IMG/VR virus record: IMGVR_UViG_3300029911_000001
Location: 1 to 64,000 of that record
Strand: one strand, 5' to 3'
Length of the DNA: 64,000 bases
In this document: positions 9,880-19,315 of the stretch, piece by piece
Numbering within the stretch: position 1 is the stretch's first letter
How the letters are laid out: each line of letters opens with the position of its first letter
Translations under genes and position numbers: made by a program
Notes under the pieces: generated by a model
Seen by the model: only the letters and a program-made list of their open reading frames with translations
Databases searched by the model: none
Told to the model about the DNA's origin: nothing

Positions 9880-12800
9880 TTAGTTAGCCTGTGTAAGAGT
9901 ACAGTCCACCGTGTACCCACCGACAGTACCCGATGTTGATACAGCATAGGTGAAGTTATTAGTCGCGAACGTTGCTACGGTGGATACCTGAATCGGTGAT
10001 CCGTTGAGGTTCGGGTGCCCTGTCGTCGTGTTTAGCGCCGGGTAGGAGTAGGACTGCGCATTTCCGGCTGGGTCTGTATACCCAAGGGTAACTGTCGCTG
10101 TACCAGCCCAAGCTGTGGTAACCCAAAGAGAACAACCGTAATACCATGGCCCACTCTGGTTCTGCGAATCGTTGAACAAGGTAGTTGTGCCTATTGGACC
10201 TGTAGCAGCTATCTGACCTGTGTCGGCACGGTCTGCTGATGTCCCGACGCCAACCGTTGGGAATCCTTCCAGATTGTTGATTGCGCCCGGTATACCCAAG
10301 TGTCCATATAGGTCGAAGTGGAAGGAATACCCGTTAGGCAGCTTAATGTCGAGAGGGTCACCCAACTGTCCGGGACCAGAAAGAATTCGTACGGCGGTGT
10401 TCCCAGTTCCAGACGTTGTATCCTGTATGTCCAAAGTATCTGTTGGCACAAATGTAGTTGGACCAATTCCAAGGGAGCCTGCGTTAGTGTATAGGTTGCT
10501 TACACTACCGCCTGCCGCAGCGCAAGCCCCGTCGCCGCGTAGGAAGGTTGACGATGAGCAGGAACCAGACCACAACCCGTACACGTCAGCCGCTACCGCA
10601 TCCGAGATTGCTCCGGTCGTAGTCGTGTTCTTGACGATACCTGTAGCCAGAGTAGCCCAATTCTGGTTGCTCGTTCCGAGTGTGAGAGTTGCTGTGTTAG
10701 CTACCCCCGAGCCGCCCTGAGCAGGACTCCATATGCTTGTCTCACCCGCCGCACCCACATCCCACGTTACCTTTCCGGTTGAAATTGGAACATACATATA
10801 GAACTGACCCACCGTCGGAGTACCTGACCCCGTAGCCTCGTTCAGCCCTAAACACCCGCCCGTGATTGTAGAGCATCCCGTAGGAGGAGAGACCCCTGAT
10901 GAGAGGGAACCGGTGGCCGTGAGAGCTACAAACGTTGCGTCGCCACTGGCATCGATCTGCGCCGGGCATGTCCCAACTACAGTGGTGCTCGACCCGGAGC
11001 ATCCGAATCCTGCGATGCCATGCACTGACAGTGGGTACGGAACGGCATTTCCAGCCGTCCAGTTCAGCCCTACGTTGCCAACGTGGGCAGGCCACAGGCT
11101 GTAAGGGTTGTAACTATCAATCCAGACCATTCCGGTATTGGGTCCGTTCTCGCCTCTTAGCGCGACGCCACCGGCAAAGGAATTTACCGAAGGGTAGCCA
11201 AAACCGCTTGCGTACAAGTCGATTCGGTCTGAAGTTGAACCAATGCTGGCGAAAGACTCTCCGCTCATAAGCAGATGTCCGGCTGTGCTGCTATTGCCGA
11301 AAACACCATCCAGCGGCGCAAATGGAGCGTTCGCTGAAATCACACCACCTTGCGTCACTCCATAATCGAGATAGCTACTGTTACAAAATGTTCCACCTGA
11401 GAAGCAAGCCGAGTTACCGTTAAACAACCACTGGCCACTTGTGTTGCTGCTGATTGTATTTCCAGCAGGGTCTTTGAACTCCGTCATACTGGTTTGTCCG
11501 GTAGCCCAGTTGTTCCACTGAAAGGCAATACCATATGGAGATAAATTACTGATGAAGTCGGACCCAAACAGTCCAGATGTCGATCCTCCAAATCCCTCAG
11601 TTCCAGCACTCATAAAGGTTGGAGGAGCGGCTCCTTTTAGCGAACCGTCAGCGTTTAGGTAAAAACTCTCATCGTTTGCATTTTCGATATCAATAGCACC
11701 ACCGTTACTAGCAGTCGCTCCGAGACCAGATTCCTGAAAAAAGAACCCTTGGCATCCGGCTTCACCAGCAGTAAGGCACCGATTTGTCCCTTGTATGAAT
11801 GCGGTGCCTTGTTCATCGAAGTTAGTGTCAGAGACTACCTCTGCTGACCACGTCCCACCGTTAGGTCCTAGCTGAAAAGTAGACGGAGGAGTTCCTGACC
11901 CAGACTTCACAATTCTTGCGGCAGGATAAAGGGTGACGTTCGATGGCGTTGTTCCCCGGTTGGCAAAGGTACAGGTTCCCCACGTTGTGTGTCCATTCAG
12001 AGAGCTATTCCAAGCTGGGAAAGTGCTGCCAGAGGTGCAAGATGAGGTAGTAATATTTTGCTGATCGTTCACACCATCAAACACGTAGGTGTTTGTGTAG
12101 TTGTACACAAATGACGTAGTAGCAGGTAGAGACACTTGCATTTGTTCAGAGTATTGTTGCGGAAGTTGAAATGGGTTGACCGACGAAGTACCTTCAGTCA
12201 TATAGATAAGGTTTGTCCCATCAAGAGAATCTGTCGCCCAGTACCCCGTACGCAAGTTGTAAGGCGAGGCAAGGTCGGCTGCTGATGTTAGGTTGTGAAG
12301 ATGGCTTTTCAGGACGACGACACTGACGTTCGGACGAGTAATTGGCAACGTGATTGTCTGAGTCGGAGCCGAGCCGGATACACCTGTGATTTTGGACTCT
12401 TCAAGAAACTGATTACCAATTACTGCAACGGAGTCTCCTATGCTAAAAGTACCTGACCCTCCTTGCATGGCGATGGATGTGGACACAGGAGCATCTGGCG
12501 TTGTGTTAGGCTCCAGATTCACGTTAATTGCGCATCCACCAACTGAAGTGGTGGGAAGACCACCAGAAGTCGCCATCTGGTACATCCAATAAAGGGCTGC
12601 TGTATTGCATGGTGCAGACCACGCAGTGAATCCCGTCGAATATCCTCGCAACTGAGTAGTAACAATTGGTGCAGTAGTTTCCACAAGCTGTGATCCCGCC
12701 GAAGGCCAGCACTGCTGAGGAATACCGGGTCCACCACAATTATGTGCCGAGAAGGTTATGTTCGGTGCTGAGTAGGTTCCAACGGTAGGTGAGTCGGGGA

Positions 12801-13659
12801 CTGCTTCACCACCCAATTCGTGAAATGCGACATTGCCTTCGTCACTGGAATAAGCCCTTCCAGCTTGCGATGCATTGTAGAGATATATCCCTCCGGTATC
12901 ACCTACACTAGGGGCAAAGTGCCAGATAGTCAAAGCCTGCTTTGTCGAAGCCGCCGACATATTGTCATAAATTTGAACCGTGGTGGCAGACGTTCCTTCT
13001 GCGGCTAATAGCCCATTCGATAAAGAGTAAGGTCCATACGAGGTCATATTAAATGTATGACCTGATGTCCCATTTGTGAGTGGAGGTTGCAAGGTGTAGT
13101 TTTCCTCAAAAGCGGACAGACCTCCGTAGATCGCCCCCGGTTGAGTGAAGAATGACGCATTGGGTGCTGTGAGATTCTGAGTCGAGGTGCCCAGCGTCTG
13201 TGTAACCTGCGTAATACCCGCCGTGCTTTCGTTGATGTGTGAGGGACCACCAATAGTGTTAGCATTAGTTGCCAGACCTACATAATTGGGGGTTTGACCT
13301 ACGACCGAGCCACTGCCCCCACTCCCGCTACAGGAGAGCACTCCCGCTGAAACCGTGCAGGAAGTTCCGTCTGGCTTCATAAGTCCAAGGGTTGAGTTAG
13401 TTGCGACTGGAGCATTGGAGGACAGTGCATCCCAATAGGAGGATAGAGATGCCGGAGTGTGCCCCGAGTTATTGGCGACCTTGGAGATGTAAGTCAACCC
13501 ACCATAGGTAACCATGTCGTTGACGTTATAGGATATTGAGCCACTCCACGCCCCCAGATATACTACCAGCGTACGTGTAATTTGGGCGGAAAGGGGGGTG
13601 GGGGCGGCTACACCCAGTCCAACAGCCATCGCCAATATTACCAACAAAAGTCGCTTCAT
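9880..13659 (-). CDS. signal-peptide-bearing fibre/adhesin-like protein with an N-terminal CBM5/12-like domain
   Basis: Signal MKRLLLVILAMAVGLGVAAPTPLSA-Q; WSGSISYNVNDMVTYGGLTY..YW; fibre-type motifs ATNSTLGLMKPDG, STFLRGDG and SLGIG; G/S/T-rich 1259 aa. Confidence 0.7.
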   Translation of the reverse strand: MKRLLLVILAMAVGLGVAAPTPLSAQITRTLVVYLGAWSGSISYNVNDMVTYGGLTYISKVANNSGHTPASLSSYWDALSSNAPVATNSTLGLMKPDGTSCTVSAGVLSCSGSGGSGSVVGQTPNYVGLATNANTIGGPSHINESTAGITQVTQTLGTSTQNLTAPNASFFTQPGAIYGGLSAFEENYTLQPPLTNGTSGHTFNMTSYGPYSLSNGLLAAEGTSATTVQIYDNMSAASTKQALTIWHFAPSVGDTGGIYLYNASQAGRAYSSDEGNVAFHELGGEAVPDSPTVGTYSAPNITFSAHNCGGPGIPQQCWPSAGSQLVETTAPIVTTQLRGYSTGFTAWSAPCNTAALYWMYQMATSGGLPTTSVGGCAINVNLEPNTTPDAPVSTSIAMQGGSGTFSIGDSVAVIGNQFLEESKITGVSGSAPTQTITLPITRPNVSVVVLKSHLHNLTSAADLASPYNLRTGYWATDSLDGTNLIYMTEGTSSVNPFQLPQQYSEQMQVSLPATTSFVYNYTNTYVFDGVNDQQNITTSSCTSGSTFPAWNSSLNGHTTWGTCTFANRGTTPSNVTLYPAARIVKSGSGTPPSTFQLGPNGGTWSAEVVSDTNFDEQGTAFIQGTNRCLTAGEAGCQGFFFQESGLGATASNGGAIDIENANDESFYLNADGSLKGAAPPTFMSAGTEGFGGSTSGLFGSDFISNLSPYGIAFQWNNWATGQTSMTEFKDPAGNTISSNTSGQWLFNGNSACFSGGTFCNSSYLDYGVTQGGVISANAPFAPLDGVFGNSSTAGHLLMSGESFASIGSTSDRIDLYASGFGYPSVNSFAGGVALRGENGPNTGMVWIDSYNPYSLWPAHVGNVGLNWTAGNAVPYPLSVHGIAGFGCSGSSTTVVGTCPAQIDASGDATFVALTATGSLSSGVSPPTGCSTITGGCLGLNEATGSGTPTVGQFYMYVPISTGKVTWDVGAAGETSIWSPAQGGSGVANTATLTLGTSNQNWATLATGIVKNTTTTGAISDAVAADVYGLWSGSCSSSTFLRGDGACAAAGGSVSNLYTNAGSLGIGPTTFVPTDTLDIQDTTSGTGNTAVRILSGPGQLGDPLDIKLPNGYSFHFDLYGHLGIPGAINNLEGFPTVGVGTSADRADTGQIAATGPIGTTTLFNDSQNQSGPWYYGCSLWVTTAWAGTATVTLGYTDPAGNAQSYSYPALNTTTGHPNLNGSPIQVSTVATFATNNFTYAVSTSGTVGGYTVDCTLTQAN

Positions 13660-13709
13660 TTGTCCTCCATCTTGTATATAAGAATCTCGTAGTCTGTTTT
13701 TATCTTTGA

Positions 13710-14606
13710 CTACAAAGAGATGAGGTCAAAGGCACCATTGGTGATATAAAGCTTATAGGGGAGATTGGTTTCAATGTCAGTAAACGGCAGGTAGGGAACC
13801 CCCACTCCACTCAGCACTGGGATAAACTCCAATGCACCACTCGTGACTTGAAGCTGGTACAAGCTGCTCGTAACCGAGTCAATCAGTATCACCTCACTCA
13901 CGCCTGCTGCCACTACAACAGGGATGACAGTCACTGCTCCATCTGCAACTACAACGTTATAGGCACCCTCTGTAACGGTATCCACAAATGTGAATACAAG
14001 CACCGTAACTTGAGCCGTTGTAGTAAGTGCGAGGTGCCCCACCACGTCATAGGCGTCCAACGTAAAGAGAGTTGTTGTAGACACTCCTTCTGGAAAGAAC
14101 ACACTCCCAACGCCCCCTGTATCGATGAGCCCAGAGTCATACCCCGTCGCCGTTATTCTAATTTGAACAATACCCGTGGTCTCCCAGATAAGGGTGAGGG
14201 GGACGTAAAGGGCTGTGACCGAGTTAGGGATAGCTCTAAGGATTGCAGTTGGGGTGGGGTTTGTTCCTACGTCTCCTGCGCTACTGTACCCTGCTATCAA
14301 AGCGAAGCTGGGTAACCCCCTCACCCCTGAGTCTATAAAGAAGGGTCTGGGCATGTGGTGTATGGCTTGAATCACTCCCTGTAGGTTGATTGAAGTGTCC
14401 ATATAGAGCAGGTACCTATTATTTTCGACATCGAACGCGAATGTACGTACCGGGGTGAGGTACCCATCCACATACACTTCAAGGTCGCGGCGAGGGTCGA
14501 ACTCCCCTAGAGGTCCTTCCTGCACAAATGGACCGAGGTAGTCATTCAGAATCCACTGGATGCGGTCAGGGTAGGGGGTATTGGTTTCAAAACTAAACAT
14601 CGTCAT
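13710..14606 (-). CDS. putative virion structural protein with three C-terminal ~23-aa repeats
   Basis: Beta-rich 298 aa; three D-x-x-T-x3-Y-x-[LV]-x-[VI]-x2-G-A repeats. Confidence 0.65.
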   Translation of the reverse strand: MTMFSFETNTPYPDRIQWILNDYLGPFVQEGPLGEFDPRRDLEVYVDGYLTPVRTFAFDVENNRYLLYMDTSINLQGVIQAIHHMPRPFFIDSGVRGLPSFALIAGYSSAGDVGTNPTPTAILRAIPNSVTALYVPLTLIWETTGIVQIRITATGYDSGLIDTGGVGSVFFPEGVSTTTLFTLDAYDVVGHLALTTTAQVTVLVFTFVDTVTEGAYNVVVADGAVTVIPVVVAAGVSEVILIDSVTSSLYQLQVTSGALEFIPVLSGVGVPYLPFTDIETNLPYKLYITNGAFDLISL

Positions 14607-17064
14607 CCCCCACCAACATAGACAGCAGTTTCATCTCTAGTGAAGTCTGCTTGCGTTTCTTCATCTTCTGTTCAACCTGTTCTTTGGTTTTACGCATGGT
14701 GCTCAACAGGTCGTCGTCCGTTGGAACGTTGTGTCCATGCTCTGCCTTCTCAGCCTCAGTCTCATAGGGGAGCCCCTTATGCAAGTGGGGTTCCTTCTTT
14801 ATCTTGTCGTGCTCCTGTTGCTCAAGCTTATGTTCTTCGTTCTCCACCATAGCGTTGAGGTCGTCTTCCCCCTCCGGCTCTTCCTTGGACACATCCTCAG
14901 TCTTCGGCGTGTCCACAACCAAGGGTTCTGTCGCGTTCTCATTACGTTCGACAACACCGGGGACTTCTTCCTCTTCGGGAGCCTTCTTACCTTCTTCCTG
15001 TTCACGCAGGGCATCGATGAGCTTTTGTTGGATGCTCTTGTTTTTCTTCTCGCGGAGCTTCTTTATCTCCTGACGCTTCTTCATCGCGTCCTGTTCCTTC
15101 TTCAGTTTCTCCGACTTCTCCGTGGGCTGTTGTTTGTCCTTGTTCCGTTTAACCGTATTCTCACGGATAATGTTCTGAATGTTGTGCTGCACAGAGGGTA
15201 GGATACGTTCCAGCACAGCCTTTTCGTGCTTGCAATTGTGTACGACCACACCATTAGCTATAAATGATTCATCTTCATCCACGGTCAAATCGTGAAAATA
15301 TTCCGGGGCATCAACATCATTCGCTGAGTGAAGCACTCTAGTAAACCCATCTTGCCATACATCGGTTTCTTGGTTAGGAAGACCTGTATTCAACTGGTCG
15401 ATAACATGAGTACGCAACCTACCCCTCATCAAATCAAGAAGCTGGGGGTACTGTTTGTAATTCCAGTAAAGGCGGAAATACCTGTTTTTCTTTCTAACCC
15501 CCTCCTTTTTACCCCGCCAATCTTGGTGGAGACGCCCATGCCAAATACCCATGCTATACAGCATGGTAGATATTTGGGATACAACATGAGGAGAGATTGA
15601 ATACACATATTGTTGCCCCGAAGCATCAAAATGCCCATCCCCCAAAGCGTAAGATGACACAAGGGCTTGAATGGCCTCTGTGTTCCACTTAAACACATCA
15701 GGAGCGAGGCGCTTCGTAAGGGAGCCGCACCCCGCCAATTGAATCATCTTAGCCGCAAACTTACCGTCATTGACAATGACATTGAGCCACTTTTTCCCCC
15801 CATAGTTGCGAAACTTAATTTGAATATCAGCTTCAGCCCCGAGAACCCCAAACAATTTGGACTGGATATCCTGCCCAAGAGTTTCGGCCTCGTCCTGATT
15901 AATCGTAAAGTTTACCCCCCATACACGAGAGGTTACCCCGTTTATATCGCATACCACTCCTTTTGTGGTGGGTCTGCCTGACTTGACCTTATTCGGGATT
16001 CCCTTTCTATATATTGGGCTACCTTCTGCCAAATAATACCCCAGCAAAGAAGCAAAGTTGGAATCAACTTCAGTGCCTCCATCCCATTGTATTTTTGGGA
16101 AAAACAGGTACTCGTGAAACTCCAATTTATCCGATTCAACCCACCCCAACTTGCCTTGTGAGCAGTCTTCAATTTCAGGATCGCCCACATGGGCGACCCG
16201 GTTTTGCACTCGGGATATAGTGCCCTGACTAACCCCATACCTCTCAGCCAGAGTGTACTGATTTTCTATACTTGAATGTATCTCAGCTATTGCTTCCTCA
16301 GAGAGTTTTCGAGAAGGACGATTACGGTGGTGACCCGGCAAGAACTTACGCCCCCACTTTACCCCCCTATAACCGAGGGGCAGTGAACCTTTACAGCCAC
16401 AGAAGCAGGTTTCATTTCCTCGCACAACAGCTAGTGGGTGCTCTTTAGATACAATCAGGGGTTCGGATGCCCCTTTAGCTCTAACCTCCCGAGCTATCTC
16501 TCCAACATGTGCAGGTCGTCCAGAAACATGAGTAACTTTACGAGCACGCCCTTTATGAGTGACAACCCAATCCCCCACCTGTACATTTTCAATCAGTTTT
16601 TCAGTACCATCCCCCATCAGGACGCGGGTTCCGGGGGCTACGCATAAAACAAAATTCTTACGTAGGTCAAGCCGCTTCGTAGGAGCAGTAAGTTCCGGGC
16701 GTGGCTCACCCAGCAGGGCATCTCGCTGGTGAAGGTTCCACTGAGCCCCCCAGTAGAGATGGGCAGGGCAGCTACAATTAAGCTTCACATCAAGGTCGTT
16801 GGCGTTCTGAGTATCCTCCACCTTGTCCACGTCAAACTTCACCGTCACGTCGTGACCGGCAGGGTCTGAGTAGGACTCACGGCACTTAACGTTGTAGCGA
16901 AGAAACAACTGCTTCGGGTTCGAGTCGAGCAGGGAGGGAGTACAGCCGGGACGACGCTTGATACTAAAAGAATTCGTCTGGCTCACAAGTTCGGGTACGC
17001 TAATCGCCACTTTAGTTTGCGGGTAGCTGATGTTGCCGAGTGAGATGGTGATAAAGGAAGCCAT
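14593..17064 (-). CDS. SWIM zinc-finger protein interrupted by an intein (353 aa extein)
   Basis: CSC...CKH SWIM motif is restored after removing a 470 aa insertion; charged C-terminal tail. Confidence 0.8.
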   Translation of the reverse strand: MASFITISLGNISYPQTKVAISVPELVSQTNSFSIKRRPGCTPSLLDSNPKQLFLRYNVKCRESYSDPAGHDVTVKFDVDKVEDTQNANDLDVKLNCSCPAHLYWGAQWNLHQRDALLGEPRPELTAPTKRLDLRKNFVLCVAPGTRVLMGDGTEKLIENVQVGDWVVTHKGRARKVTHVSGRPAHVGEIAREVRAKGASEPLIVSKEHPLAVVRGNETCFCGCKGSLPLGYRGVKWGRKFLPGHHRNRPSRKLSEEAIAEIHSSIENQYTLAERYGVSQGTISRVQNRVAHVGDPEIEDCSQGKLGWVESDKLEFHEYLFFPKIQWDGGTEVDSNFASLLGYYLAEGSPIYRKGIPNKVKSGRPTTKGVVCDINGVTSRVWGVNFTINQDEAETLGQDIQSKLFGVLGAEADIQIKFRNYGGKKWLNVIVNDGKFAAKMIQLAGCGSLTKRLAPDVFKWNTEAIQALVSSYALGDGHFDASGQQYVYSISPHVVSQISTMLYSMGIWHGRLHQDWRGKKEGVRKKNRYFRLYWNYKQYPQLLDLMRGRLRTHVIDQLNTGLPNQETDVWQDGFTRVLHSANDVDAPEYFHDLTVDEDESFIANGVVVHNCKHEKAVLERILPSVQHNIQNIIRENTVKRNKDKQQPTEKSEKLKKEQDAMKKRQEIKKLREKKNKSIQQKLIDALREQEEGKKAPEEEEVPGVVERNENATEPLVVDTPKTEDVSKEEPEGEDDLNAMVENEEHKLEQQEHDKIKKEPHLHKGLPYETEAEKAEHGHNVPTDDDLLSTMRKTKEQVEQKMKKRKQTSLEMKLLSMLVGDDDV
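15235..16644 (-). mobile_element. intein with LAGLIDADG-type endonuclease and extra HTH/Cys module
   Basis: Starts CVAPGTRVLMGDG and ends HDLTVDEDESFIANGVVVHN followed by +1 Cys; LLGYYLAEG and YALGDG motifs. Confidence 0.9.
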
Positions 17065-17099
17065 TGACCTAGTAAGCCCTCATGATAGATTCATGTAGT

Positions 17100-17444
17100 T
17101 CAATTGTCAGAGAGACTGCGGAAGTCGAATGGGCTACTGTTGTTCTCACCGTAGAAAACAACTTGAATCCTACTGTGTAGGTTAGGTACCCCAGCGTACC
17201 CCATAGAAAGGAGGCGACGAACGACGAGGGCTCTCAGGTATTTTCGAAACCCCCTTATATTTTGGTCAGCCTTTGTGTTATTACACCACTCACAGGCGGG
17301 GAGGAGGTTGTCGATGGTGTTCTGTCCACCCATGCAGCGGGGAGTGGCATGGTCTATGGTCTTAGCTTCCCGACCACAGAACCAGCATCTCCCCTCACAC
17401 TTTCTAATAGCTTCAATCCAAAGGGTTCTAGAAATGCGGGACAA
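17100..17444 (-). CDS. HNH endonuclease
   Basis: CWFCG..TIDHATPRCMGG...NLLPACEWCNNTK. Confidence 0.85.
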   Translation of the reverse strand: MSRISRTLWIEAIRKCEGRCWFCGREAKTIDHATPRCMGGQNTIDNLLPACEWCNNTKADQNIRGFRKYLRALVVRRLLSMGYAGVPNLHSRIQVVFYGENNSSPFDFRSLSDN

Positions 17445-17449
17445 GAAAA

Positions 17450-17887
17450 TTACTTCTCAGTTTCTACCGGCTCTTCAACCGGTTTTGGTTTGAGTTCGAG
17501 GAGGACTTGCTTCAAGCGGTAGGGAACCTCATCAGCGGAAAGCTCGATGGGATGAGCCTTACGACGCTTCAGTTCGCGATCCTTGTCCTCTTTGCTGGGC
17601 TCAGACGCGGCTACAGGTGTCTCTGCGACGACAGGGGTAGACTGGGGGGCTGGGGGAGGGACAAGAGCCACAGCGGGGGTATCGAGTACAGGTTCGATGA
17701 ACTTGTTCTTAAGAAAGACCCCGATGCCTAGCGGCTCCTGTTTGACCACCTTCACAATCTGACCATTCCGGTATACGGTGAGTCGATTGTGATTACCCGT
17801 GTCATGCACCAGCACATCTCCCGGACGGACGTAGAAGTGGAAGTCCATGAAATCAATGGTGGTAGTTGCGACGTAACTACGCTGCAT
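17450..17887 (-). CDS. hypothetical protein
   Basis: 145 aa with AGGGG RBS. Confidence 0.7.
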   Translation of the reverse strand: MQRSYVATTTIDFMDFHFYVRPGDVLVHDTGNHNRLTVYRNGQIVKVVKQEPLGIGVFLKNKFIEPVLDTPAVALVPPPAPQSTPVVAETPVAASEPSKEDKDRELKRRKAHPIELSADEVPYRLKQVLLELKPKPVEEPVETEK

Positions 17888-17987
17888 CTTGTATCCCCTT
17901 ATACCTTACTCAAGTAGGCAATTATGATTCAACACCTACAAAAGGGGGGAATATTGGTAAAAGTAGGTTATAACCCCCTACCCCCTA

Positions 17988-18647
17988 TCAGGAGGGGGTA
18001 ACATCCACGGCTCCGTTCACTATGCTTAGGACGAAGGGTGCTCCTGTTATGCTGTCTAGCACTGTAATCCCGGTTACTCCTAGTTGATAGAACCCATCTA
18101 GAGAGCACCCCCATAGGTTATTGCCGTTTCCATTACCGTTACTTCCAGTACAGATGAGCCCCGTTTGAAATGTTGGAGCTATGTAGTAACCCACCCTGAA
18201 GTAGTTCTCCCCCGAGCCCAACGTGGTGAAGGGGGAATCTATACCAAGGTTGCCATAACCGTTGGATACCACTGCGATGCATAACTCACTGATGTAGCTG
18301 GTAGTGAGAGGAGGACTCTTCCATATGGCGTCGGGTCCGGCTCCCGATATTAGACTTCCAGTGTCGTAGGCATTGACACCGGAAAACTCCCCTACAGTCA
18401 TGGCCTGTACCCCCTCCGAGCCGCTGATGGTTACAGTGGTGGGTCCGCCTACACATCTTGAGCAGTACCAGAGTCCTGTTCCGGTAGCAACCCATGTGTT
18501 ACCCGCAGTGTCAGAGCAGGACGAGCCCCCTCCGCTCATCGAGGCTATTAAAAAGTTACCCAACGTGGTGTTGGTTAGATAGGTCAACGACCGAGAGCCT
18601 CTACCAGCAAACCCCACTGAATTTGATTGTACGTATGCTATGGACAT
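17988..18647 (-). CDS. putative virion/fibre-associated protein
   Basis: G/S/T-rich beta protein; C-terminal motif matches the repeats of 13710-14606; late motif upstream. Confidence 0.7.
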   Translation of the reverse strand: MSIAYVQSNSVGFAGRGSRSLTYLTNTTLGNFLIASMSGGGSSCSDTAGNTWVATGTGLWYCSRCVGGPTTVTISGSEGVQAMTVGEFSGVNAYDTGSLISGAGPDAIWKSPPLTTSYISELCIAVVSNGYGNLGIDSPFTTLGSGENYFRVGYYIAPTFQTGLICTGSNGNGNGNNLWGCSLDGFYQLGVTGITVLDSITGAPFVLSIVNGAVDVTPS

Positions 18648-18739
18648 CCGAAGCCGCCTAAACTTGAGTTCTGTATAAGACCTTGGTAGTCTATAAAAGG
18701 GACTTCATTCCCTTTCTGCAAAATAGTTTGAAATAACTC

Positions 18740-19260
18740 TTGACAAGAGTGCGGGAATCCCTTAGAAACATAGAGGGGCAACAAACCTCAATCTAGAACG
18801 GCTTCGGAGGCCAGCATGAAATCCACCCCTATTAGCAGGCTTGGGCAGTCGCAAAGCTCTTGTGATTGTGACCGCAGTTGGCAAGCTCCTCATGGATGCC
18901 GGTCGATGCGCTCCAAGAGTTAGGGTTGCGGACGATAACGCTGTAGGTATGACCGGCTTACCGCATGGCGCGACGGCGCTACTTCGGCCCGCTGGTACAA
19001 CGCTCGAATCGAAGACAGCACGGGCCATGAAATCGCCCCTGATGGTTCCCAACTCCCCACCGATCAGGAATGCCGCTGAATTTGAGGGGATGTAACCCAT
19101 GGGCAAATCCACAATCAGCACCTTTCAGCTTTTCGCGATGTTCCCCCGAATACTTGTTCCAAAACACACAAGTGCCCAGTGGAGCTTAGTTTCCACTGGG
19201 CACCTATGCAGGAGGTAACGATGATGCATAGACTAGGGGTCGTCCAAAACCACAGCCTAC
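18740..19260. ncRNA. candidate large structured non-coding RNA (family unknown)
   Basis: ~500 nt with no credible ORF and many nested inverted repeats; promoter-like motifs at both ends. Confidence 0.4.
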
Positions 19261-19315
19261 AGTAACATAATACTCACAAAAAATGAGTTGATGATTTGTT
19301 CTTTCGTCGTCATAC

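Noticed and set aside
18762-19167. ORFs 18762-19121, 18841-19095 and 18979-19167 as genes
   Set aside because: Mutually overlapping, weak starts and unprotein-like composition.
18740-19260. RNase P RNA, tmRNA or intron identity for the structured region
   Set aside because: ACCGGCTTA resembles the RNase P 3' motif but there is no GAGGAAAGTCC; no tmRNA-like termini; no group I/II core elements seen.
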